From Dehalococcoidia bacterium (GTDB lineage Bacteria > Chloroflexota > Dehalococcoidia > Lucifugimonadales > UBA3495): DNA of 64,000 nucleotides. How positions within the stretch are numbered: the first letter of the stretch is position 1; the number at the start of each line of letters is the position of its first letter. The stretch covers positions 621 through 64,620 of the forward strand of contig CAXXWY010000026.1 of the NCBI GenBank assembly GCA_963668505.2. Reading direction: 5' to 3'. The position numbers and the translations under genes were made by a program. The notes beneath the pieces are model-generated. The model was not told the DNA's origin. It saw only the letters and a list, made by a program, of their open reading frames with translations, and did not search any database. This document shows positions 40,085-48,420 of the stretch, one piece after another.

Positions 40085-41227
40085 CTAGCCGGAAGCTGTG
40101 GCGGCGTCTATGACGCCCAGCAACTGCCTGGCTTCATACAGCCTGGGCCAGCTATCACGGTGAACGTCGACGACGCCTAAATCGGCAAGCCTGTCCAGAA
40201 TTCGCCTTGTCCCGGCGCTAGTAAGGCCCAGCAGACCAGCGGCCACGGGGACTGTCATAAGCGGCCTCTCAAACAACAGGTCAAGCAGTCTTAGCGTGTT
40301 CCCGGAATGATGCTGCAGGAGCGATCGGGTATCCTCATGCAACTTTCGCACACGGCGGATACGGAGCAAGGCGTCGTGGCTCTGCTCGGAGACCCCGCTA
40401 AGGAAGTAGACTAACCAGGGCGTCCAATTCCCGGTACGGGTGACTCCCTGCAATTGCGCATAATATTCGTCGCGGTTGTGCTCGAAGTAGGCGCTTAGAT
40501 AGAGCAGTGGCTGTGAAAGAATCCCCCTGGCGCAAAGAAACAGGGTGATTAACAACCGGCCTACCCGCCCGTTCCCGTCCAGGTAGGGATGGATGGCTTC
40601 GAACTGGTAATGCATCAACGCACATTGGACCAACGGCGGCAACCTGGAATCCGAGTTGACGAATCTTTCCCAGTCCTCCAGCAGTCCTCTGACTATCGAC
40701 GGCGGAGGGGGAACGTACTGGGCTTCGTGGATGGGAGTCCCCGGGGCGCCTATCCAATTCTGCGCCTCCCTTAATTCACCAGGACGCATTTCCGATCCCC
40801 GCACTCCCCTCATAAGCCCTGCATGCAATTCGTTGACCAACCGGAGGCAAATGGGCAACTCCTCGAGGAGTTCCAGGCCGCGCTCCAGCGCTCGAACGTA
40901 ATTGGAAACCTCGCCGACGTCGCCCACAGCCCGCTGTGTGGGTGAGACCTCGTGCAGGTACAAGTCTGTAAGCGACGCCTGCGTCCCTTCGATCTTTGAC
41001 GAAAGCACAGCCTCCCGGCGTACGAATGGTCGGATCAGGAGGTGGGGATTCGGCAGCGTTTCCCCGACTCCTGCCAGCGTTCCAACCGCCCTCGATGCTT
41101 CATCCAGGTGGTAGACTACATCTGGGCCTAAATTCAACCGATATGGAAGCGGGCTGGGGACGAACCCCCTGTGGCCGTCAATGATAGGGACCCATTCTCC
41201 GGCGGGGCCATTCGCTGGTTGAGTCAT
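40085..41227 (-). CDS. Fic family protein (class II, N-terminal inhibitory helix, C-terminal wHTH)
   Basis: Fic motif HPYLDGNGRVGRLL, inhibitory motif SSKIEG in the Fic_N region, and a C-terminal DNA-binding-like tail. Start at MTQPANG (ATG 41227). Confidence 0.9.
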   Translation of the reverse strand: MTQPANGPAGEWVPIIDGHRGFVPSPLPYRLNLGPDVVYHLDEASRAVGTLAGVGETLPNPHLLIRPFVRREAVLSSKIEGTQASLTDLYLHEVSPTQRAVGDVGEVSNYVRALERGLELLEELPICLRLVNELHAGLMRGVRGSEMRPGELREAQNWIGAPGTPIHEAQYVPPPPSIVRGLLEDWERFVNSDSRLPPLVQCALMHYQFEAIHPYLDGNGRVGRLLITLFLCARGILSQPLLYLSAYFEHNRDEYYAQLQGVTRTGNWTPWLVYFLSGVSEQSHDALLRIRRVRKLHEDTRSLLQHHSGNTLRLLDLLFERPLMTVPVAAGLLGLTSAGTRRILDRLADLGVVDVHRDSWPRLYEARQLLGVIDAATASG

Positions 41228-41499
41228 GGCAGGTTTGATACTCCTGTTGCACTTTGGCAACCATTTGATACTTATTGCTTAATTTGTTGCAATTATACCA
41301 GAAATATCAACTGGCGTATCAATTGTCTACATTAGGTAGCGCGCGGGCATTTACTTACGCTATATGGTGTTGCGGCCGTTCACCTGGGAAAAGCGCATGT
41401 AAAACGGCGGGACTTGTCGCGAGTGGATACGGGGATGGAGTTCCAAACAAAGTTTGACTGCCGCGGCGCAACTATCGATGATGTGAAAGCAGGCAAACC

Positions 41500-42492
41500 A
41501 TGAACAGTCCCCGCGTGTTCGTAACCCGCCAGATATTCCCGGAAGCGTTGGACTTGATTGGCCAACAAGCGCAGTTGGAGGTCTGGCCGCACGATGCGCC
41601 TCCGTCTGCACAGGAACTGGCCGACAAAGTAAGCGGGGCGGAAGGCCTGGTTACCAACGTCATGGACCGGGTCGACGCCGAGTTGCTCGACCGCGCTCCC
41701 AAGCTCAGGGTCATCAGCCAGGTGGCCGTGGGGCTGGACAACATCGACGTGGATGCCGCATCCCAGCGGGGAATTCTTGTGGGCCACACCCCCGGGGTGT
41801 TGTCCAAGGCCACCGCCGACCTGGGATTCGCCATCCTGATGGCCGCTGCCCGGCGGGTCAGCGAGAGCGAGCGGTGGGTCCGGTCCGGAGAATGGAAGAT
41901 AGCCTTTCATCCCATGTACTGGCTGGGCGCCGACGTTCACGGGGCGACCATGGGAATCCTCGGCCTAGGCCAGACTGGGCTGGAAATGGCCAAGCGCGCC
42001 TTGGGCTTCGACATGAGGGTGCTCTACCACTCCCGCACCCGCAGACCGGAGTTGGAGCAACTCTACGGGCTGGAATACGCCAGACTGGACACGCTGTTGA
42101 ACGCCGCCGATTTCGTGTCGGTGCATCTCCCGCTGACGCCTGAGACCCGCCACTTTATCGGGGAGCGTGAACTGAGGGCCATGAAGTCCACGGCCATCCT
42201 CATCAATCTGGCCAGGGGCCCGGTGGTGGACTCCAAGGCCCTATACACCGCCCTCAGCGAGAATTGGATACAAGCCGCCGCGTTGGACGTGACCGACCCG
42301 GAACCGATTTCCCCCGACGACCCGCTGCTGACATTGGACAACCTGGTTATCACCCCCCACATCGGCAGCGCTTCGGTGGCTTCCCGGAGGGGGATGTGCA
42401 TGATGGCGGCCCGCAACCTGCTGGCGGGGCTCGACGGGCGCCCCATGGAGCATTGCGCCAACCCGGAGTTGAATTCGTCCAAGGGCGTGTGA
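41500..42492 (+). CDS. D-isomer-specific 2-hydroxyacid dehydrogenase (glyoxylate/hydroxypyruvate reductase-like)
   Basis: GILGLGQTGLEMAKRA NAD-binding motif and the LINLARGPVVD and TPHIGSAS catalytic region. Confidence 0.9.
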   Translation: MNSPRVFVTRQIFPEALDLIGQQAQLEVWPHDAPPSAQELADKVSGAEGLVTNVMDRVDAELLDRAPKLRVISQVAVGLDNIDVDAASQRGILVGHTPGVLSKATADLGFAILMAAARRVSESERWVRSGEWKIAFHPMYWLGADVHGATMGILGLGQTGLEMAKRALGFDMRVLYHSRTRRPELEQLYGLEYARLDTLLNAADFVSVHLPLTPETRHFIGERELRAMKSTAILINLARGPVVDSKALYTALSENWIQAAALDVTDPEPISPDDPLLTLDNLVITPHIGSASVASRRGMCMMAARNLLAGLDGRPMEHCANPELNSSKGV

Positions 42493-42563
42493 CCGCCCGC
42501 GGCGCTGAAATCCCGTTGATTACTGCTTTGTTCAAGGTTGTTCGAGGAAGCGCCACAACACGC

Positions 42564-43235
42564 TCATGTCCCGTGGGAAACAAGCCCCGTCAAGCCTCGC
42601 GCTGGCTCAAACACTTGCGCTCCCATATCTAACAGGTTCTCGTTGGCCGGGCTGTCAAGCGTGTGCAGAGGCTTGCCTGATTCAATGAGCTTGCGGGCGA
42701 ATTCCTCGGTCCTGCCGCCGGGGGCGGCGTGGGCTATGAAGACCCGGCTGGCCAGCGACGCCACCAGGTCGTTGCGCCGGGCTGCGAGTTGCGCCGTCGG
42801 GCGTCGGACAGCGGCTGGGAAGGGCGATAGGACCAGCAGGCGGCCGTTGTCCAGGGCGGGGCGCCAGCCGCGTGGGATGCGCATGTTGTCGACGCCTCGG
42901 GCCGGGCAGATGACGACGGGCTGATTGCCCCGCAGCAGCAGGCGCAGGCATTCGCGTTCCATGGGCGTCTGGAAGCCGCCGGTGACTGGAACGCCGGAGT
43001 CGCGCATGGCCCTGGCAATGTCGTAGGTCTTCAGGATGAGGTCGCCGGGGCAGCGATTGGAGCAGAACAGGGCCGTTAGCGGCTCGTCGAGCAGGCGCAG
43101 GTTGCCCAGATCGGCCGTCCTGGGCGGCAGATAAGCCGTGCTCCCGGTTTTTTCAGCCGCATGGCAGACCGGAGGGCCGGCGCCGGAAAATTTTAGATTC
43201 CCTACCATTTCATCCCATTTCCTACCATTTGGCAA
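42564..43235 (-). CDS. short DprA/Smf-like (SLOG superfamily Rossmann) protein
   Basis: LFCSNRCPGDLILKTYDIARAMRDSGVPVTGGFQTPMERECLRLLLRG..QPVVICPARG...LLVLSPFP...PT...AARRNDLVASLASRVFIAHAAPGGRT parallels the DprA core. The only in-frame ATGs (43235, 43208) lie inside the iteron-like box. Confidence 0.6.
   Translation of the reverse strand: MPNGRKWDEMVGNLKFSGAGPPVCHAAEKTGSTAYLPPRTADLGNLRLLDEPLTALFCSNRCPGDLILKTYDIARAMRDSGVPVTGGFQTPMERECLRLLLRGNQPVVICPARGVDNMRIPRGWRPALDNGRLLVLSPFPAAVRRPTAQLAARRNDLVASLASRVFIAHAAPGGRTEEFARKLIESGKPLHTLDSPANENLLDMGAQVFEPARGLTGLVSHGT
43186..43233 (-). repeat. iteron-like box, copy 3
   Basis: Minus strand: GCCAAATGGTAGGAAATGGGATGAAATGGTAGGGAATCTAAAATTTTC. Confidence 0.8.
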
Positions 43236-43286
43236 GCGTTGGGGGCCGGTTGGACTTGGCTTTGGCCCCGGAAGGGGACTGATGCT

Positions 43287-43388
43287 TTACATGGTAGGGG
43301 GTTGGGCGGGATTTTGAAAGCGGCAAATGTCAGTGGGGGTGTCCAACCTAGGCGATAGGTTCATGTCAAGGAGGAGCGTCGGCTTCAT
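43287..43388 (-). pseudogene. 5' remnant of a DUF5615 (Mut7-C/PIN-like) toxin gene
   Basis: The ATG overlaps the DUF433 stop (ATGA). The translation MKPTLLLDMNLSPRL matches the conserved DUF5615 N-terminus, then becomes unrelated and stops after 33 codons. Confidence 0.55.
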
Positions 43389-43615
43389 GGCGTGGAGAGG
43401 GGAACCTCACGTTCTTCAAGCCTCCAAGCGGCGTAGGCCAGGGATTGGTCGATGTCCTCCTGCTCAAGATACGGGTAAGCTTGGAGTATCTCTGCATGTG
43501 AGCGACCGGACGCCAGCAGGCCGACCACCGTCCCGACCGTTACGCGCATGCCGCGAACACACGCCTTACCCCCCATGACAGCGGGATCGATAGTAATTCT
43601 GTCGAGTGATTTCAT
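43385..43615 (-). CDS. DUF433 domain protein (antitoxin-like HTH)
   Basis: ITIDPAVMGGKACVRGMRVTV...ILQAYPYLEQEDIDQSLAYA is the canonical DUF433 pattern. Confidence 0.9.
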   Translation of the reverse strand: MKSLDRITIDPAVMGGKACVRGMRVTVGTVVGLLASGRSHAEILQAYPYLEQEDIDQSLAYAAWRLEEREVPLSTP

Positions 43616-43678
43616 TGTCTATCTCCTCCCATGCTCAGGCCTTCAAAACTTGCGGCCGTGCGCGCCGGTGTTCAAGGT

Positions 43679-43912
43679 CTAGCGGTCCCACGATTCCTTC
43701 TCTTCTTTCAGGTAGGCCGCTACGTCCTCCGCCGTCTTGAAGAGGCGATGCCCCCGCGCCTCAGCCAAGACGGCGACTGCGGACCGTCGTTCGGTAGACG
43801 AGGAGGGCGTCACCACCACGTCCACCGTCTGCCCCGCTTCCAATTCCGGGCTGGCGGACTCCACCCTGCCGCCGGGTTGTGCCGTTGTTCTGATATGCAA
43901 TTTCTTTTGCAT
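43679..43912 (-). CDS. small hypothetical protein (77 aa)
   Basis: The pattern ...GRVESASPELEAGQTVDVVV...GHRLFKTAEDVAAYLKEEKESWDR resembles a small protein family common in cyanobacterial and Chloroflexi TA-rich regions. Function unknown. Confidence 0.6.
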   Translation of the reverse strand: MQKKLHIRTTAQPGGRVESASPELEAGQTVDVVVTPSSSTERRSAVAVLAEARGHRLFKTAEDVAAYLKEEKESWDR

Positions 43913-44003
43913 TGTCAGTGCCCCCTTAACGTTCGACTATCCAGCCTCATGCGGCGCCGGGTGTTCGTGGTTAGTGGTGATGTTTGGCTGCTATTCAACG
44001 AGG

Positions 44004-47000
44004 TTAGAGGTGGAATTTTGCGATGATTTCTTCGAGTCCTGTTTTCGTTTTAGCGTCCAAGGGTGTTTGAAGCAGTTGGTCTATAACGGGTTTCGACCCG
44101 TGCCACATATAATGTAAGTCATCGGCTTCGCCAAGGCGGATTAGAAGTTTCGCCAATGCCTCTGGGTGCTTACCTGGTATGGCAGAGTCAGTGAGTCGAA
44201 GACTAGGCATAAGTCGTTGCAGGGGCTGAACAGGCATCTTTATTGCCAATTCAACCGCCTCCGGGTAGACCGCAGTTAGACTGAAAGTCCACTCGATCAT
44301 CGCCTCTGTTTCCTCTGCGTCCAGCGGCGCTGGTATGCCGTCGAGACGATTTTCCCAATATCCCCTCAGCCAGGTATTCCACCATTCCTTTTGCATGGGT
44401 TCGTCCAAGTACTGCAGGAAGTGCCGGATTTCCGTCGAAAATTTCCGCCGGACTTCTTGGCCGCTACTTGCCAGTAGTTTGGTAATCCACTGGTCGGTGG
44501 GACAGGAGACGAACACGGTGAGCATCCAAGTGTATCTTGTGATGAATCTGCATCTGGTTTGTGGGGTCATCCTGTCGTTGATGTGTTCGACTGCTTGCAA
44601 GAACGGCTCCTTCAGAAGTTCAGCAGCCCTAGCAGTGAAGTTGGACGAGTAAGTTATGCCATTCCATGCGCTCTCGAATTCTTCGTGGCTGTGATCCAAC
44701 AGAGGTATCAGGTTCAGCTTGCTCCACTCTTCATCTACAAAGGTTAGAAAGGGGATGTTTGATACGAGAATCACCCTGGCGAGTTTGCCGGGTAATTCCT
44801 GGTTTGCCATCATCCTTGCCAGCACATCCTGGTAGTCGTCTCCAAGCGTCGTGGGCGGCTGTTCCTGTTGTTGCCTCCATAAGGCAATACTTTGCAGCCA
44901 GAATTGAGCGAGGCGGCCTGAGGGACTGTTGATGGCTTCGGTGTACCAATCGACTTCTTCTTCAACCCCTCCAACGTATCGAGTCATTTGGCTTGGCTCG
45001 ACTTTTATTGCGTAGTCATGCAAATTGCCGGCGATGGTGTTGGCTCGGGCGATAAGTTCCGAAGTTTCTGGACCTGTAACTTTTTTGACAACTTCACATA
45101 GAGCGTTGGTTAGTTCATGAACGTGATCTTGGTATAGGTTATCGTCAGAAAGACGTTCCAGAACTTGACGAACGCAGTCTTGGTCTAACTCGGCAGCCCC
45201 CCAAGCTCTAATGAGGAATGGCCACAGGTCTACATCCCACAGACCTGCGCTCGCCATTTCGCTTGCCAGTTCAAGACCCCACTCGACATTTTTTTGTGCG
45301 GCCTCCCCAATAGCAGTTAGTAGCCCCGCTCTGTTGACAGGGTCGGAAGGCTGTGTCGATTGATACTCGACTAATTCCGCCAGCCATTCTCTTGCTGGCT
45401 TTCCCAATAATTCCTCAACCGTCCACGGACTCCGAACTCTCGCCCAAGTCTCCGTCCAAAACAGCATATCCGGACGTTCACTTTGGGAAAAATCCGGGTA
45501 CTGGACCAATATGGTCTCTAGGGCATGTTTAGCGAGTGGGCAATCAGGGGCAGCGTCGTTCAGCCATTTGAGCCATTCGAATTTGTGGAATGCTGTGAGG
45601 CTTTCTTTATCTGGATGGTCCTTTCTAGGCCATTGGTAGCTTAGCACTGATTCGATAACCCTTTCCCTCTGCTCCAAGGATGCTTCGGGATATACACTGG
45701 CGACAGCCCTGTAGATTTCATGCTTGGCAGGGAGTTCGTTCAAGTCGTAGTGTTCCAATAGCCAGGCGATTTTCTCGTCGGCGGAGAGATCATTCCGGCT
45801 CGGAAGGATGTGTACTGCCAGCCGGCGCAGCAGAGCTGATTTAGAGCGGCTGTAGCGTTCCGACCGTAGCTTGGCCGCATCGGGTTGGTTGGCAACCAGC
45901 CATTCAAGACAATCTCGTGCAATGTCGATAAGCGCGTCTATTCCTCTGGGGTGCCTGTCTTGCGCATGGGGTTCAATGGCAGATCGCCGGAAAGTGTCGG
46001 AATCTAGAAGACGTTCGCCTTCCCAAGCCATTATCAGAGAGTGACGCTCTTCCAACCGCCAGACGGTTTTATCGATCAGTGACTCGGCTATTTCCGGTAA
46101 ATTGGGTTTCAGGCATTGCTCCCACAAGGTTCGGATTTGATAGGTAGAGAGGTCCGCGTTGCGCCTGGCAAATCGCCGGCCAGGATGGCGACAGATCGCC
46201 GTCATTGTGTCGTAGATTTGCAACACGTTGACCAGTAATCCTGGGTTTGCACAATTTTCGGCGATTTTCCCCAACAACACATCATTGAAATTAGGCGGAG
46301 TAGCGCTGATCAGGAGGTGTATCCACCGGGAAAGGGTCTTCGCATCTGCTAGAGGTTCGACATTTACGAGCATCCGTTGCGCAATCATGTTCCACAAATC
46401 GACATTGAGTCTTGAGCCGTGCCGCCATATAACTGAAAACAGCACGTCAGGTTTCTCGATGGCGAAACGACTTGGCAACCAGCCAGCCAGCCACTTCTCT
46501 CCTTCTGTAAGGTCGCCGTAGGAAAACAGGGCATCCAGGTAACCGCGAGTGTCCAGCCAATCAATCCATTCCGGTGATTTCGCGGCATCTGTGAAGAAAC
46601 GGGTATATACGGGGTTTGTGAGGGCGTGTTCGATTACACCGGCGGATTCTTCTTCCAAAGGCGGCGGCCCACTTGCTATTTTGGTGATTTCCTGGCGCCA
46701 ACCCAGTGTGCCGCGCCGCCTGTAATCAGCAAGACTTGATATTGCCCGATCCAGGCCGGTGTAGTCGCCGCCCACTTGTGGAAACGGTATGGGTTCAATG
46801 CCCAAATTACGCCAACGCTCCTGCTCGTCGCTCAGGCCGCCAATGAGGGCGTAGCGGCGGTCGTCTTCACCCTTGGGCAGGGATGGAGTCAAATAAGTCA
46901 TGATGGTGTCATTGTGGCTGTAGCCTACGAACAGCAAGGTGTGCTCGGTGAATAGGTCAACCAGAAAGCGCCTCGCCCAGCCGTCGGCTTCTGTTAGGTA

Positions 47001-47510
47001 AGCACGTCCAAAGTCCTGGCTGGTAAGCACCATTTCCTCAGGTTGGCTAACTGACCCATGAATATGGACAATACCCTTAAATCGCCTGCCATAGGGGAGC
47101 GCCGGGGCCATGAACACGCTTGTTGTGGTTTCGAACAACTCTTGGGCGGCTTGATCAAGCAGTAGGTCGAAATTAGTTGTGACGATGCGGACATCTTCGG
47201 GTATAGTGAACAAACGCAGTAAGCTACGGTGAAGATCCGTAGGTTCGGGATTGTTCATTTGCAACACGTCCGCAGCGCGTCGATGCACGTCCGTGCCAGC
47301 TACTTTCAAGCGGTCCAAAAATCGGTCTTCTGTCTCCCCCTCACCGATTGCCTGGCCGGTCCCCACGGCAATTTGTTGGGCTAGGCCTGAGAAGTCTGGC
47401 ATGTTTGCCGGGGCACCCATGGAGACGCCTGCTCCGGCAAAAATCACCAGCCGTCCATCACGGAGGGCGTTCAGCAACGGATCCGGGAAATTAACGCCTT
47501 TGATTATCAT
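44004..47510 (-). CDS. SIR2-domain protein with a large helical C-terminal region (defense-associated sirtuin, DSR1/DSR2-like architecture)
   Basis: The N-terminal ~280 aa carry RLVIFAGAGVS, VRIVTTNFD, GIVHIHGS and LLFVGYSHND (SIR2_2 pattern with catalytic Asn and His). The remaining ~880 aa are W/L/E-rich and helical, with no motif recognised. AT-rich (48% in the 60-nt spot count). Confidence 0.85.
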   Translation of the reverse strand: MIIKGVNFPDPLLNALRDGRLVIFAGAGVSMGAPANMPDFSGLAQQIAVGTGQAIGEGETEDRFLDRLKVAGTDVHRRAADVLQMNNPEPTDLHRSLLRLFTIPEDVRIVTTNFDLLLDQAAQELFETTTSVFMAPALPYGRRFKGIVHIHGSVSQPEEMVLTSQDFGRAYLTEADGWARRFLVDLFTEHTLLFVGYSHNDTIMTYLTPSLPKGEDDRRYALIGGLSDEQERWRNLGIEPIPFPQVGGDYTGLDRAISSLADYRRRGTLGWRQEITKIASGPPPLEEESAGVIEHALTNPVYTRFFTDAAKSPEWIDWLDTRGYLDALFSYGDLTEGEKWLAGWLPSRFAIEKPDVLFSVIWRHGSRLNVDLWNMIAQRMLVNVEPLADAKTLSRWIHLLISATPPNFNDVLLGKIAENCANPGLLVNVLQIYDTMTAICRHPGRRFARRNADLSTYQIRTLWEQCLKPNLPEIAESLIDKTVWRLEERHSLIMAWEGERLLDSDTFRRSAIEPHAQDRHPRGIDALIDIARDCLEWLVANQPDAAKLRSERYSRSKSALLRRLAVHILPSRNDLSADEKIAWLLEHYDLNELPAKHEIYRAVASVYPEASLEQRERVIESVLSYQWPRKDHPDKESLTAFHKFEWLKWLNDAAPDCPLAKHALETILVQYPDFSQSERPDMLFWTETWARVRSPWTVEELLGKPAREWLAELVEYQSTQPSDPVNRAGLLTAIGEAAQKNVEWGLELASEMASAGLWDVDLWPFLIRAWGAAELDQDCVRQVLERLSDDNLYQDHVHELTNALCEVVKKVTGPETSELIARANTIAGNLHDYAIKVEPSQMTRYVGGVEEEVDWYTEAINSPSGRLAQFWLQSIALWRQQQEQPPTTLGDDYQDVLARMMANQELPGKLARVILVSNIPFLTFVDEEWSKLNLIPLLDHSHEEFESAWNGITYSSNFTARAAELLKEPFLQAVEHINDRMTPQTRCRFITRYTWMLTVFVSCPTDQWITKLLASSGQEVRRKFSTEIRHFLQYLDEPMQKEWWNTWLRGYWENRLDGIPAPLDAEETEAMIEWTFSLTAVYPEAVELAIKMPVQPLQRLMPSLRLTDSAIPGKHPEALAKLLIRLGEADDLHYMWHGSKPVIDQLLQTPLDAKTKTGLEEIIAKFHL

Positions 47511-48099
47511 ATACAGCTACCGCCTCTTAGCAGTTCACCCCTCCCGCTGAACACCCAGTTGCCCCCCACCTTTCCAGGCATGCTTTCCACCGCCGTACAC
47601 TTGCTCCAGTCCGTAATACGGTCACCTCCCGTTCGATTGCCGTTTGTCCTTCCGTAGGCATGCGCCCGTTGAAGGCGCCACCGCCTCCCGCACGTGCCAC
47701 CCTGCCGCGTTATATTTCTCTTATGCGGCTAATTGGTCTCTTGGCATATTCTAATAGAGGCCTTTTGTGGAAACAATCGAAGATGTGCTGGCCGATGGGA
47801 GTGGGGCCTGGCACCATGTGTCCTATGACTTCACAACGTAGCCCGTTCCCTCTAGCGCAGGGGGTTCCCGGTTCTTGAGCGACCCATTGGTGCCATCGGC
47901 AATCTTGTCCGCCAGGGGGACCCTTTCCCAGAGGTCTTCTACAGGGCAGTATCCAGCCGAGGGTAGCGTGTCCTTGTCCATCCCGTTCAAGGCCCCACCA
48001 GGAGCCCCGGGCTTCGCGGTTTACGGAGTTGACCGGGGAGTTGCCAATAGAGGAAATTTAGAGACCGCAGCCAGTCGAAGGCCAAGAAATGAGCGGCAA

Positions 48100-48190
48100 T
48101 GGCGGAGAGGGCGGGATTCGAACCCGCGAGAAGCTGTTGACCTCTACGCGATTTCCAGTCGCGCCCGTTCGGCCGCTCCGGCACCTCTCC
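48100..48190 (-). tRNA. tRNA-Ser (anticodon GGA), CCA encoded
   Basis: The reverse complement folds as a cloverleaf. Acceptor stem GGAGAGG/CCTCTCC, anticodon stem CGCGA/TCGCG with loop CTGGAAA, a long variable arm, T arm GCGGG-TTCGAAT-CCCGC, discriminator G plus CCA. Confidence 0.95.
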
Positions 48191-48331
48191 AGAACAGCGC
48201 AGCGTCCACAGCCCGGCGTTAGCGGCGCATCTTAGCCAAGGGGGGGTGGCTGCAGGCTGGCCGGCGTCATTATATTCAATGCCCGTTGGGACTGTCCACC
48301 GCACGGCTTTCATTTGACGCCTGCGGTGACC

Positions 48332-48401
48332 TATAATGTCCCATCATTCGTCGTCAGCCGGCCTCGGCTTGCCGTTGGCTGCCCTAACAGGCCGGACGAC
48401 G
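48332..48401 (+). promoter_or_regulatory. perfect TATAAT box (48332-48337) followed by a leader hairpin (48349-48363 / 48390-48401), upstream of the Rieske gene
   Basis: TATAAT lies 84 nt upstream of the ATG. The -35 is weak (TTCATT at 17-nt spacing). The imperfect stem is CGTCGTC(AG)CCGGCC / GGCCGGACGACG. Confidence 0.3.
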
Positions 48402-48420
48402 CGACTAGGAGTGGAGACTT

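Noticed and set aside
43296-43325. GGGGTTGGGCGGGATTTTGAAAGCGG resembles the tRNA-Ser 3' segment GGAGAGGGCGGGATTCGAACCCGCG; considered as a decayed att repeat marking the far end of the SIR2 islet
   Set aside because: Only about 17 of 25 positions match, with one gap. The shared part is a G-rich decamer (GGGCGGGATT). This is not strong enough without a statistical search.
47875-48313. ORFs 47875..48222 (+) and 47987..48313 (-)
   Set aside because: Both run straight through the tRNA-Ser gene and have no coding features.
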